From positions 1-58,179 of the forward strand of contig CAOKEO010000006.1 of assembly GCA_948467495.1 (NCBI GenBank): a stretch of DNA of 58,179 nt, in the 5' to 3' direction. The position numbers and the translations under genes are program-made. Positions within the stretch are counted from its first letter, which is position 1. The number at the start of each line of letters is the position of its first letter. The DNA comes from an uncultured Clostridium sp. GTDB taxonomy: Bacteria; Bacillota; Clostridia; TANB77; CAG-508. Below, piece by piece: positions 32,106 to 45,355 of this stretch. Below the pieces are notes generated by a model, which did no database searches, had not been told where the DNA came from, and saw nothing but the letters and a program-made list of their open reading frames with translations.

Positions 32106-34673
32106 ATGTACATATTTAACAAAATTACGGTAAATCCACAACTACCAAAAAGAATCGAAAAATTATCAGAAATTGCCAATAATTTATGGTGGTCATGGAA
32201 CACAGAATTTTTAAGATTATTTCAAAAAATAGACAGAGATTTATGGGAGCAATCTGACAAAAACCCAGTCAAATTTTTAAAACATGTATCACAAGAAAAA
32301 CTAGAAAAAGTAGCAAAAGATGTAGCCTTCTTAAAAGAATATGACAAAGTTGCAGAAAACTTTGAAGGTTATATGAACAGCAAAAGTACATGGTTTTCCA
32401 ACAAATATCCAGAAAATAAAAACGATTTAATCGCCTATTTTTCAGCTGAATATGGGCTAGACCAAACCATACCGATCTACTCAGGAGGATTAGGTATTTT
32501 ATCTGGTGACCATTTAAAATCAGCCAGTGATTTAGGAATTCCATTGGTAGCAGTAGGGCTATTATATAAAAATGGATATTTTAATCAAAAAATAAATGGA
32601 TATGGACAGCAAGAAACCGAATATCATAATATTGACTTATGTGATATGCCAATTCATCCTGTAAAAGATGAAAAAGGGGAAGATTTAATCATCTATGTTA
32701 AATTTCCAAAAAGAAGATTGTATCTAAAAGTATGGCAAATTAATGTAGGAAGAGTCAAATTATATTTGTTAGACTCTGACATAGAAAAAAACAACCAAGA
32801 AGATAGAGATGTAACCTTACGTTTATATGGTGGAGACCAAGAAATGAGAATACGTCAGGAAATTGTTTTAGGTATGGCAGGGGTGAATCTATTAACTAAG
32901 TATTTAAACATAAATCCTACCGTATATCATATGAATGAAGGACATTCAGCCTTTTTAAATTTAGAAATCATCAAAAATATTATCAAAGAAAAGCAAGTTT
33001 CTTTTGAGGTGGCAAAAGACATAGCAAGTTCAAAAACAGTATTTACAACGCATACGCCAGTACCAGCTGGAAATGACATTTTCCCATTAGCGTTAGTGGA
33101 AAAATATTTTAAAGATTTCTGGCCAAGATTAGGACTTTCCAGAGAAGAATTCTTAAGATTAGGAATGAAGCCAGGAGTAGACTTAGAAGAAGGCTTTAAC
33201 ATGGGGATTTTGGCATTAAAAATTGCCGGTAAGAAAAATGGAGTTAGTAAGCTACATGGAGCTGTATCGAGAGAACTGTTTGGTGAAATCTGGCCCAATA
33301 TAGCAGCCAATGAATCTCCAATTGAATATGTAACCAATGGTATTCATACTTGTTCATGGTTAGCACCTAAGATGAAAGAATTATACAATAAATATTTAAT
33401 TCCATATTGGCAAGATAATATGTATCAAGACCATGTATGGGAAAAAATCAAAAACATCCCAGATGAAAAACTGTGGGAAGTACATAATGATAGAAAAGCC
33501 AAATTATTAAAATTAGTAAAAGATAGCACATCAGAGAGATTAAGACGTTCGGGATATAGTTACGAAGCAATTAATGAAATTGTTTCCAAGTTAAATCCAG
33601 AGGCTTTGACCATAGGATTTGCAAGAAGATTTGCTACTTATAAAAGGGCGACCTTAATCTTTAAAGATTTAGAAAGAATTACACAAATATTAAATAATGA
33701 AAATCGACCAGTTCAAATTATATTTGCCGGAAAAGCTCATCCAGCCGATAAAGAGGGACAAGACTTAATCAAATACATTCACGAAATATCTATGATGCCT
33801 CAATTTAAAGGAAAAATCTTCATCTTAGAGAATTATAATATTGCTATGTCAAGATATTTAATCAGTGGCGTCGATGTTTGGCTAAACAATCCAAGAAGAC
33901 CAATGGAAGCATCTGGAACGAGTGGACAGAAAGCATCGGTTAATGGTGTTATCAATTTCAGTGTTCTAGATGGTTGGTGGGCAGAAGGTTATACCCAAAC
34001 CAATGGATGGACAATTGGAACAAATAGCGAATATGAATCTTATGAGGCACAAGATATAGCAGATAGCCAAAGTATGTATCGAACTTTAGAAGATAAGATT
34101 ATACCTACTTATTATGAAAAAGACAAAGAAGGATTGTCTTCAAAATGGTTAGAAATTATGAAAAATTCTATTGTCACAACAGGAGGAAAATACAGTACAG
34201 CCAGAATGTTAGTGGATTATACCAATAACCTATATATACCACTTTGTAATTTAACGAAAAAGTATTATTCTGATGTTGACAATGTAGCTGGTTACAACTC
34301 TTGGAAAAAAGACTTATATATGAACTGGAAAGATATCAAAATAACACAAGTTGATAATCTAGACAATATAACAATTGATGCCGGAAACAATATTGAAGTT
34401 GCGTGTGAAGTAGAACTACCTAATATCAATATTGAAAATATTGTAGTCGAAGTATATTATGGAAAAATTTTGGAAAATGGTGTAGTAGAAAATGTTAGTA
34501 TTATACCAATGAAATTACAAGACCAAGATGAAGAAAATAAGAAATACTATTTTACAGCAAAAATTGAATTAACAACAGGAGGAGATTATGGCTATACGTT
34601 TAGAGTTATGCCAAAACATGAAATGTTATTGGAGTCTGCTAATTTAGATTTAGTTAAATGGATAACGAAATGA
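32106..34673 (+). CDS. glgP: Alpha-glucan (glycogen) phosphorylase
   Basis: YSGGLGILSGDHLK, ARRFATYKR, EASGTSGQK. Confidence 0.95.
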   Translation: MYIFNKITVNPQLPKRIEKLSEIANNLWWSWNTEFLRLFQKIDRDLWEQSDKNPVKFLKHVSQEKLEKVAKDVAFLKEYDKVAENFEGYMNSKSTWFSNKYPENKNDLIAYFSAEYGLDQTIPIYSGGLGILSGDHLKSASDLGIPLVAVGLLYKNGYFNQKINGYGQQETEYHNIDLCDMPIHPVKDEKGEDLIIYVKFPKRRLYLKVWQINVGRVKLYLLDSDIEKNNQEDRDVTLRLYGGDQEMRIRQEIVLGMAGVNLLTKYLNINPTVYHMNEGHSAFLNLEIIKNIIKEKQVSFEVAKDIASSKTVFTTHTPVPAGNDIFPLALVEKYFKDFWPRLGLSREEFLRLGMKPGVDLEEGFNMGILALKIAGKKNGVSKLHGAVSRELFGEIWPNIAANESPIEYVTNGIHTCSWLAPKMKELYNKYLIPYWQDNMYQDHVWEKIKNIPDEKLWEVHNDRKAKLLKLVKDSTSERLRRSGYSYEAINEIVSKLNPEALTIGFARRFATYKRATLIFKDLERITQILNNENRPVQIIFAGKAHPADKEGQDLIKYIHEISMMPQFKGKIFILENYNIAMSRYLISGVDVWLNNPRRPMEASGTSGQKASVNGVINFSVLDGWWAEGYTQTNGWTIGTNSEYESYEAQDIADSQSMYRTLEDKIIPTYYEKDKEGLSSKWLEIMKNSIVTTGGKYSTARMLVDYTNNLYIPLCNLTKKYYSDVDNVAGYNSWKKDLYMNWKDIKITQVDNLDNITIDAGNNIEVACEVELPNINIENIVVEVYYGKILENGVVENVSIIPMKLQDQDEENKKYYFTAKIELTTGGDYGYTFRVMPKHEMLLESANLDLVKWITK

Positions 34674-34796
34674 GACAAGTGGGACAGGTCTTAACTGTCT
34701 CATTTTTTTACTATTTTTTTGTTATTTTCTGCAAAATTTTTTTGGTGTTTTTCGATTAGAATTTTGAGACAAATGAGACCTGTCCCACTTGTCTCA
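34671..34796. repeat. Inverted pair of 32-nt REP-like units (34671-34702, 34765-34796)
   Basis: 29/32 identity inverted; TGAGACA/TGTCTCA ends; related unit at 25351-25382. Confidence 0.8.
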
Positions 34797-35015
34797 TTAC
34801 GGAAATAAGGGATAGAAGAAAAGAAACGAAAAAATATTGCAAAATAATTTCAAAAAAGATAACAAATTGTAAAATTACCCATAAAACCTTAAGCAATTAA
34901 GTAGTTTTAAGAAATAAAATAGAAAAAAAAACAGTCCCTATTATTGAAAGAAAAATTAAAAATTGTTACAATAGTGTAAATAATTATTAGAAATAAGACA
35001 TAGGAGAGATTAAAC

Positions 35016-38000
35016 ATGAAAAAATTAATTAGCATGATTGTAACAATTATGGTGTTAGTTTTAACAAGTACAATTTCAAATGCAAGTACGAAAGTAGAAG
35101 CTAGCTTGAGTAGCACATCTCAAAAGCTAAATAAAGGTGATACTATTGTATTTACATTAAAATTAGATACCTTTCAAGAAATAAAGTATGGGATTAATGC
35201 CTATCAAGGAAATTTTGTATATGATAGGGCTATTTTTGAAGAGGTAAAAGAAGCTGATTTTAAAGTTATGAATGGCTGGCAAGGATTGCAATACAATCCC
35301 AATACCAGTGAATTTGTTTTATATAAAAAAGCAGGAACCGCCCTAGAAGAAGATGTATTACAAGTGTCACTTAAAGTAAAAGAAGAAGCAAAAGCTACTA
35401 AAACAGAAGTGAAAATGGAATATATGGTGACATCAGAGGGGAAAAAAGACATTTATGTGGTAAATGGAGAAAAAGCAAAATTAAATATAGATATCCTAGA
35501 AGAACAACAAAAACCAGATGATAAACCAATAGGCAAACCAGATAATAAGCCAGGTGATACACCAACTGACAAGCCAGGTAATAAGCCAGATGACAAACCG
35601 ATTGATACACCACAGGATAAGCCATCTGATTCAAAACCAGGGGATATATTACCTAGCAAACCAACGATAGAAAAACCAAGTAAGCCAAGTAGTGAAATAA
35701 AACTAGACGAACAAAATCAATTATATAAAGGTAAATTGCCAAGAACAGGTAGAAATTTTACAATTTTATTTTTATTGTTAATAGTAGAAGTATTATTAGG
35801 AATAAGAGTTGTATATTTTGGAAAGAAGTGGATGACAAGTGAAAAGACAAAAATGTCTGTTGTGGCAACACTAGCAGTTGTATTATCGATGCAATTCATA
35901 GGAACAGTTTATGGAGCAGTTACCACTTTTTCAAAAAAAGGTGAGCTAAATGGTGATGGAGCCATCAATTATGCAGATGTTAATTTGTTGACATCTCATT
36001 TAATACATTTAAAACCATTGGGAGAAGACAGACCAATCGAAGAAGTAAAGACCTTATTAGAAAATGCAGATATGAATAGTGACGGAAAAATTACAGTGAC
36101 TGACCTTAGCATTTTAATCCAAAAGATTGAAAATAAATTAAACTATGAAGTAACCATAAGAGACTTACTAGTTAGCAACTATTATCCAGCTAAAAGCGAA
36201 GAAATTATAATAAGTTTTGATGCTGACGTAAATTATGATGCAACGATTCAAGCGATTACGATAAATGGAAAAGAATATGAAATAAAAAGAAATGAAGCCA
36301 ATAACAACTTATATGAAATCAAAATAAAAGTAGGAAATACGAGTGGTGTAACAGAATACAAACTAGAAAAGGCAAAATTGGACAATGGCAAAGAGATAAA
36401 AATAAAAGAGGCGATTAAAGTTGATATCTTAAAACAACAACCTCAAATCCAAAATTGGATAGTAGAAGAAGATATTGAAAAAACAGAATTAAATGTATCT
36501 TTTGATATGGTAGACCCAGACCACGCTTTCCTTTCTGGAAATTATAATATTGTTGAAAAACGAGATGAAAGTGAAAACCAAGCAGAAGAAGTAGATGCTA
36601 TTCAAACAAGAGAAATAATAGCTGGAAATAACAAAATCAATGTAAAAGTAGAAGAAGGAAAAGAATATCAAATTTTACTAAGTATGCAATATAACTTAGA
36701 TACTGATACTTTAGAAGTAGAAGGCGATAATCAAGGAAGTGTTACACATCAAGAGGATTTAAGTTTTATTGTTAATTATGATTTCAAAGTTTCAAATTTT
36801 GAAACCTATCGTTATCAAGGAGAAACAGCAGAAAAAACAGAAGAATTTAAAATAGGAGAAGTGATTGCCTTAAAATTTAGTAGTACAAATGCTACGACTT
36901 GTACGCCAAAAGAAGCTATCATAAATGGAAAAACCTATCAACTTACCAAAGAAAATGATACTTATAAAGCATTAGTAGATGGTTTATCTAGTACAGGGAA
37001 CCATAAGATAAAACTAGAGAAAGTTATTTTAACCAATGGAAAAATGTTTGAGGTAAATCAAGAGATACCAGTAAAGGTTATAAAAAATGCACCAATGGTT
37101 AGCCGATTTAGAGCCAACCAAAGTCCAGAAACAAAGCAAATGGATATACAATTATATATAAAAGATAGGGATCATACAATTACAGATTTTACTGTAAAAT
37201 TATATGATGATTACGACAATGAAATAGCAACAAAAAATCTAACAGATCAGTTAGTAGAGGATAACTTAACAGATGATTCAACGGAAGAAGAAATTAGAAA
37301 TACTTATTATATCAATAGCCAGTTAGATACGAGTAAAGCAACTATGGCAAGTAGTTATAGAATAAAAGTATTTGCTAATTATGAGTTATTAGAAAATGAT
37401 AATCAATATGCTCATACAGAAGAACTGTTATTAGAAGAAAAAATAGAAGCAACACCAGTAGTTAATATAAAAAAAGTGAATGTTTCTAAGAAATATCCAG
37501 AAAAAAATGAAAATATAACATTAACCTATGAAATGGAAACCAACAAAAAAGACTTAGAAATTACTCATATCATGGTAAATAACTTAAAATGTATAGCAAC
37601 CAAACATATTGATAATGACGAAAATGTGACTTATTCTGTTACATTTAGTGCAGGAGAAACAGCAGGAATATTAAACTTAGATACAACAGAATTCTTTTTT
37701 GAAGGAAATGTAACAGCAAATGTAAGCAATTGTGTCCAAGTAGATGTTCTAAAAGACAAACCAACGAGTGAAACATTTAAGCAAGTAGATGATATTCAGA
37801 ATCATAAGGTTATCCTAACAGCTAATATCGTAGACCCAGATCAAGCTTTTATAAAAGGAAAAGCAGATTTAATTAGAAATAGTGACAATCAAATTATTGC
37901 AACCAAAGAATTTGATGCTGAGCATGTTACGTTTGCCATTGAGAATGTAGAAATAGATACAGAATATACTTTAGTTGCTAAGATGACCTATGATAGAGAT

Positions 38001-41000
38001 ACGAATCAATTACCAGAAGAAACCAATCAAAATTATGTAGAAGACGAAGAATTTAGAAGAAGACCAATCCAATTAATTGCAGATTATGAACTAAAGATTA
38101 ATGATATTAAAACCTATAAAGGAGAAAAACAGACGAAATACTTTGAAAGAGGAGAAGAGGTAACCATAGCTTTTGACAGTACAAACAAAACAGCCTTTTA
38201 TCCTGTTCAAGCAGTGATTAATGGTAAAACCTATTCACTAGAAAAACAAGGAACAATCTATAAAACGAAGGTACCAGTAGTTTCAAGCTTTGGACCAAAA
38301 ACCATTACCATAGAAAAAGTAATATTAGATAATACAAAAGAAATCGAAATTACTGAAAATAATCAAACAAGAGTAGGAATTTAAAAACTAAGACCAACCA
38401 TTACAGGATTTGGTTATGTAGAAGATGAACAAAATCAAGCTATTAAAGTAAATTTTGTGGTAAATGATGTGGAAGATACCATAACAGGAGGAACCATTAA
38501 AATTACAAATGAAAATGGAGAAATTGTAAAACAAGAACCATTTTCTCGTGATATGACAGAAATTAGCTTCCCAAAAGGAGTTTGTGAAGAATACGAAATA
38601 GAAATATTAGTAGATTATGACCTAGATACCAACCAAATTACAACTGGGGATAACGAATATGTGGCACAAAAATTATTAGCAGAAGGAATCAACGTAAGTG
38701 GGGAACGTCTATTTGAAGTAAAAGATATTTTAGAAATTAGTTTATACCAAGAAGGAAAAGCATCTGAAGTAACAAGTATAACCGAAGCACAATTAAAAGA
38801 CCACTTAGACGACTATATCGTAAAGGTAAGAACCAAAGGAATGCCAATATTCTATACACAAATTGAAGATTATGAAATTACAGAAGAAGGAGACTTAAAC
38901 TTTATCTTAGCTTATGATAATGTAATTCAATATCAAGATGGAACCAAACAAAATAAACTAAAAGTAACCTATAGCAAAATGGAAGATGGGGTAGCTCATA
39001 ATAAGAGCATTGAATATCTGATTTCCGAAATAGAAAAAGACCCAACAGGAACCTTTACTTTAACACAAAACTATGATGCTTCTTATTTGAATGTATCAAG
39101 AAATAGCATTATACCAAATACTTTTAGAGGAACTTTAAATGGAAATGGCTATAAAATTTACAATATTAACAAACCATTATTTGAAACCCTAGAAGGAGCA
39201 ACGATTAAAAATCTTACTTTAGAAAATGTGAATTTATTAGGGGCAAATAGCAAAGGATCAATTTCAAATGTGGCACAAAACACAACCATTAGCAATGTTC
39301 ATATCAAGGGATTAGATATGACAACAGGAACCAATGAATCTGGTGGAATGGTTGGTGATATGCAATCTGGTTGTACTGTAGAAGAAAGTAGCGTAACGAA
39401 ACTTCATATCAAATTAGACCATATTAGGGTAGCAGCAATTGCAGGAAAATTTGATGGAAGTACCATTAAAGACTGTTATGTAGAAGGTATCATAGAATCC
39501 ATTACCTCAACTAGAGATGGTGTAGGAGGAATTGCTGGAGATGGCTGGGGAACAGCAGATGCTACTATTACGAATTGTATTGCTAAAATAGAATTTGTAA
39601 ACAATACAAGAGCGAAAAACAATGGAGGAATTTTAGGACTTGTTAGAAATAACAAGGTGACACTAACCAATAATATCAGTTTATGTACAGGAACAGGAGT
39701 AAACAAAATATGTGGTACAGCTATGAATTCTGCTTCAACCAACAACTATGAATTAGAAGAATCTGAACTAATTTCCAATGCATCTGGAAATAAAGTTAAG
39801 AAAATAGCAAAAGACAATATGAATCAAGAATTCTTTGTAGAAGAAGCAAAATTTGACGAAGAGAAATGGGATTGCACGGATGCTTCTTACGAGAACTTAC
39901 CAGCATTGAAAAAAGATATCCATAAAGAAGATGATATTGTAGTAGAAGAACCAACAATGAATAAGTTATACATTCCAGAATATAGCAGAATTAAAAAGAT
40001 AGCAGGATTTGATACCAATAAATTAACAACTTATCATAACTTGCATAAATTAATGCCATATTATGATGCAAAATACTTAGTAATGGACGCATCAACCATT
40101 CCTACGACTGATGTATTAAATACAAAAGTAATTAAACATATTTTACCTTATGCCAATGGAAAATTGATAACTTATATTACTTCAAAAGATTATCAAAAAA
40201 TCACAACGATTAAAGTAGTCTTTGAAGATTATAGCGTAAAAGAATATAACGTGAACTTTGAAAAATTCCAACAAAATATAGCAATTTATAAAATACCAGA
40301 ACTAAACTTAAATTATGCTTATGACAATTATGCCATCAAAGAAGATGGAAGCATGATAACTACCATAGAAGAATACATGAAAGGTCTTGACTATACAACC
40401 GATTTAGACCCACTAACAACAGCAGCAGATAGTAGATTATACAAAGACCATTACAATGAAATTATAAAAGCAAAAGCAAAAGAAATTGCCATGCAATTAG
40501 TACAAAATGACGAAAATAGTATACTTACTATGGAAAACAAAGTGTTAAATAGTAAAATACAACAAGATTTGATTGATAGTGGAAAATTAAAAGAAATTGT
40601 ATATGGTTATACCTATTATGATAGATGGTATGGCTTTGAAATAAGAGGAACGAAAGTAGCAGATTTAATGCTATTTGAAGGTAAAATGTATTCTGACTCA
40701 ATGAACTATTATAATGTTATAAAAGAAACTTTTGTAGGAAATTTAGTGCCAGGCAATACAGATGCATTCTACAATTCTTGTCTAAAGAAATATACAGGAA
40801 GTTCAAGTGTTGGCTATTTCCTAGATTATATAATAGCCAATATTGGTGGATATGAAAATGTAGATGACTGGTTTACAGAGTATTTCGGTAGCAGAAATAT
40901 ACTTGCCGAAGTGGCAGTAGACAATAAACCAGAAATATTATATCGTGGATGGTATCAACTTAAGAAAAATGCAAGAATGGTGCTTCCGGTTATTACACTG

Positions 41001-43769
41001 CCAAATGATTGTGCTTATATGATTTCTGGACCTGCTCATTTACAATTTGGACCTTCTCAGTTATATCATAAAGATGTGAATACGGATGCTGGAAGAACAG
41101 CAGTTAGAAATACAGTTAATAGTCATGTTAGCCTTGTAAAAAGACATTTTAGTACATTAGCAGACTCATTTGATTATGGCAAATGGAATCGATATTGTAT
41201 TATGGTTTATGATTGTACAAAAATAATTACAGGTTATAAAACTAGTTACTTTCCAGGCACAAATGTTCCAATAGGAACAACAGCAGTTTATACACAAGGA
41301 AAAGTTGGGCTACAATATCCATTCTTTAAGAACTTTAGTGAAGTTTTTGGACTATGGCAACCAGCAGGTAGTTCAGCAGGTGTTGGTAATACAGCTGGAT
41401 TCTTATGGTTCCAAGCAAGACCAGGACTTACTAATTTTGATACTTGGACACACGAATTTGAACACGCTTTATATGATAAAATAATGTTATATCAACGTGG
41501 TGCTAGAGTGCAACTTGAAACACTTACAGAAGGTAATGTTCAACAGTATGCTAATTGGAGTGAAAACAATCTTATTCAAGATGTTGGACCATATTACTTT
41601 AATACATCTTTCTATTTGAATAAAGAAGGTAATGCCACTCAGAATTTAACACCTGAGAGAATTAATACAAAAGAAAAATTAGAAAATTATTATAAAGGAC
41701 AACAAAATGCCCTAGATTTACTAGACTATATTGAAGGAAAAGCATTTATTAAATTAACACCAGAACAACAAGCAAAAATTGCAACAAGAATGAATATATC
41801 TGCTGGTTGGTCTTCTTGGGGAGGCATTACAGCACAACAGGCAACAGCTATGAAATTAACATCCTTAGAAGCTTTATATGATAATAGAATTGTGCTAAGA
41901 CCAAATAATGCTTGGGGAGCAAGTGTAAGAGGATTAAATGTTATCAATGGTCTTGGAAGTAATGATTATGGGTTTGAATCTGTATGGGTAAACCGTTGGT
42001 TTATTGGACATTTAGATGGTGGTTATGCCGATGCATTCTCTACCAAACGTAATTTCTTTGAGATGCTAGGTTATGCTGGAGTAGAGGGATATGTTACTTA
42101 TGGTAGCAAAGCATCTGCCAATGACTTAGATGCTATTAAGAAAATTACAAAAATGGTAACTGGTACAGAAATGGATTGGAAACAATACAAGATGAGTCGA
42201 TATGAAACAGTAGAACAAAGTATTAGAAATAATAAGTTTATTGATGTAGATTACATGATAGAAAGGTATACGGAAGCATTAATAAATGACGCTAACAAAG
42301 GAGATAGAAATATTTCACAAAGAACCAATCTTAGAAAGATCTATTATCATTACTTAAAGAGTGTTACCAATGATTTTGTAGCTGACCCACTTGGAAAAAA
42401 TGTTAAAATGACCTATATTAGAACAGCACAAGAATTAGTAGAGAAAATGAATCAAGAGCCTTATGGTTACTACGTACTAGCTAATGACATTGATTTCTCA
42501 GAAATGACAACAAATGTAACACAAACATTTATGGGTAGATTAAATGGTAACGGACATAAAATAATTGGCAATAAAATACCAATCTTTAACAAAATTAGAT
42601 ATGGTTATGTTGGAAACTTGACCTTAGAAGATACAGATATTCCAAGAAGTAATACTACTTCAGGAGCTCTAGCCAATAAAATAGAATCGAGTACAGCAGA
42701 AAAAATCGAGGCAACAGGTCTAAAAATGTACTTTGGTAACAAAAATGATTTAAGCTTAATAGGGGGAGCCATTAGTAATGTAATTACGAGAGATTGTACA
42801 GTAGACCGTTTAGTGACAAAGATTGCAAACAAAGATGAATTTGTAGAGAAAATAAATGCTGAAACAGGTGGAATATTTGAATTAACAGGCAATATCGACT
42901 TTACTGGATATACAGGTGGAAACGCCGTTATACCAGAAACATTTACAGGAAAAATAGATGGAAAGGGCTATACGATTTCTAACTTAAATAATGCTAGCTT
43001 ATTTGCACAATTTAATGGAACAGTTCAAAACTTAAAAATAACGAACTTTACCAACACAGCACCAACCACAGACTTTGTAGCAGCATTTGCTGGTAAAAGT
43101 TCAGGTGCAACCTTTACGAACCTAAAATTTGAAAATATCACGGTGCAAGGTAGAAATAATGTTGCCGTAGTGGTAGCAGTAGACAATGCAAATTCTACTT
43201 TTGATAAAATTAGTGTTAAAAATGCGAATGTAAGTGGAAGCGGTGTTTATATAGCTGGGCTAGTTGGTAGAAAATATGGCGGACATGTAAGCAATGTATA
43301 TGTTGACGGAAGTATAGCCATTACAGCAGTAGCCAATGCTGGTGTAATTGGTTCAACAGAAACCAATGTTACAGTAACCAATGTCGTATCCAAAGTAAAT
43401 ATGGAAAGAACAGCTGATTCTGAAAAGCAAGGTAGAAAGCAAAATGCGGAAATGGTTGGATTACCAAATAGTAATACAAGTCGTATTAGCAATTCTATTA
43501 CTTTAGGTAATATGACAGGTTATACAGCAGATATGGTTCCTCATAAATTTATGTATGGAGACGAAACTTTGATGAATCAAATGCTTACAAATTGCTACGA
43601 ATTGACAGAGGCAACAGGTATTAGTGGTGCTACAGCCAATACAGTTGGACATTTGCAAACGGTTGCAAGACAAAACTTAAATGCAGAATTTTATAGGAAT
43701 TTAGGATTTGATGAGACGATTTGGGATTTCAGTAAGATTACGACCAAAGGATATCCTATTTTAAAGTAA
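35016..43769 (+). pseudogene. Giant surface Zn metalloprotease (M26/Zmp-like) with cohesin-like, LPxTG and dockerin modules; one in-frame TAA at 38382-38384
   Basis: ORFs 35016 and 38457 share a frame separated by one stop; LPRTG at 35736, paired DxNxDG loops, HEFEH at 41451. Confidence 0.8.
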
Positions 43770-43914
43770 AAAAGAAAAGCACAATATAACGAAAGTTGTA
43801 GCGTGTTTTCTTTTTTTAAATTGAGACTGAAATTGTTTTACAAGAATTGACTTGGCATAAATGCAATGATATAATCAAACTGGAAAAAATATAGTAAAAA
43901 AAGGAGAACGAGAT

Positions 43915-45213
43915 ATGGCAGTAAAAATGATTATTGGTCTTCAATATGGAGATGAAGGAAAAGGAAGAGCAGTTCATTATGAAGCAAAAGATGCAGCGAT
44001 TGTAATAAGAGCAACAGGAGGAAGTAATGCAGGACATACCGTAGTTGCGAATGGTAAAAAATATGCCATGCATTTATTACCATCAGCTATTATTCGACCA
44101 GAGGTTCTTTCTATTATTGGACCAGGGGTAGTAGCAGACCTTCAAATTTTAACAGAAGAAATTCAACAAATGAGAGAAGCGGGGGTAAAAGTAGAAAAAG
44201 ATAATTTTGTAGTAAGCGAAAGAACGCATATTACTTTTCCACATCATAAACAATTAGACAGATTGTACGAAATGTTGAAGACAGAAAAATTAGATACGAC
44301 AGGAAGAGGCGTTGGTACGACTTATGAAGAAAAAGCAAGACGTACTAATCTAAGAATGTATGATTTATTCTTGGAAGAAACAGAGTTGAAAAACAAAATT
44401 TCTGAAAATCTTAAAGTGTACAATGTTTTAGTGGCAGAAGCTAACAAGTTAATTGAAAAGGGAGTCTATGGGGAAGAAAAGTTTCCTATCATTACGGTAC
44501 AAGAAGAATATGAGTATTGTATGCAATACAAAGATACTTTACAAGATTTTATTGTAGATATTCATCCTATTTTAGATAAAGCTATTGAAAAAGATGAGTT
44601 GGTTATTGTTGAAGGAGCACAATCTTTCTGGCTAGATAATGACCATGGAGATTATCCAATGACAACTTCTTCTAATCCAAATGCAAGTGGTACAGCTTCT
44701 GGTGCAGGCATAGGTCCTACTTTGGTAAAGGAAGTGGTAGGAGTGATGAAAGCTTATACCTCAAGAGTAGGAAATGGTCCATTTGTGACAGAACAAGATA
44801 ATGAAATTGGAGATAAGATTCGTGACTGGGGTCATGAATATGGAACAACAACAGGAAGACCAAGAAGAACGGGGTGGTTGGATTTAGTTATGGTAAAACA
44901 TACCAAAAATACAAGTGGATTAACCTCGCTATGTGTCAATCATTTAGATACGATTGGTAAGTTAGATAAAATTAATGTGTGTGTTGGGTATCAATATAAA
45001 GGAGAGACCATTCAACATGTTCCAATTGATAAAGAAAATTGTGAACCTGTTTACCAAGAGTTAAAAGGAGGTTGGAGTACAGACAAAGCAACAACTTTTG
45101 AAGAGCTTCCTAAAGAGGCACAAGATTATATTCGCTTTATTGAGGATTATACTGGTGTGTCAGTGAGATATATTGGTGTGGGTGCTGATGAAAAAAGAAC
45201 GATTATAAAATAG
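43915..45213 (+). CDS. purA: Adenylosuccinate synthetase
   Basis: QYGDEGKG, GGSNAGHT, EYGTTTGRPRR. Confidence 0.97.
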   Translation: MAVKMIIGLQYGDEGKGRAVHYEAKDAAIVIRATGGSNAGHTVVANGKKYAMHLLPSAIIRPEVLSIIGPGVVADLQILTEEIQQMREAGVKVEKDNFVVSERTHITFPHHKQLDRLYEMLKTEKLDTTGRGVGTTYEEKARRTNLRMYDLFLEETELKNKISENLKVYNVLVAEANKLIEKGVYGEEKFPIITVQEEYEYCMQYKDTLQDFIVDIHPILDKAIEKDELVIVEGAQSFWLDNDHGDYPMTTSSNPNASGTASGAGIGPTLVKEVVGVMKAYTSRVGNGPFVTEQDNEIGDKIRDWGHEYGTTTGRPRRTGWLDLVMVKHTKNTSGLTSLCVNHLDTIGKLDKINVCVGYQYKGETIQHVPIDKENCEPVYQELKGGWSTDKATTFEELPKEAQDYIRFIEDYTGVSVRYIGVGADEKRTIIK

Positions 45214-45355
45214 GTATTAAGATTGCCAAAGGGGACAAATCTTCTTGGCAATTTTTTAGAACTATTTACATTGCCCTGAAAATAGTATAAATTAAAAAAT
45301 ATAAGGAATTCACGGAAACTATTATTTAGAATATAAATAATAGAGGTGAAGAAAA

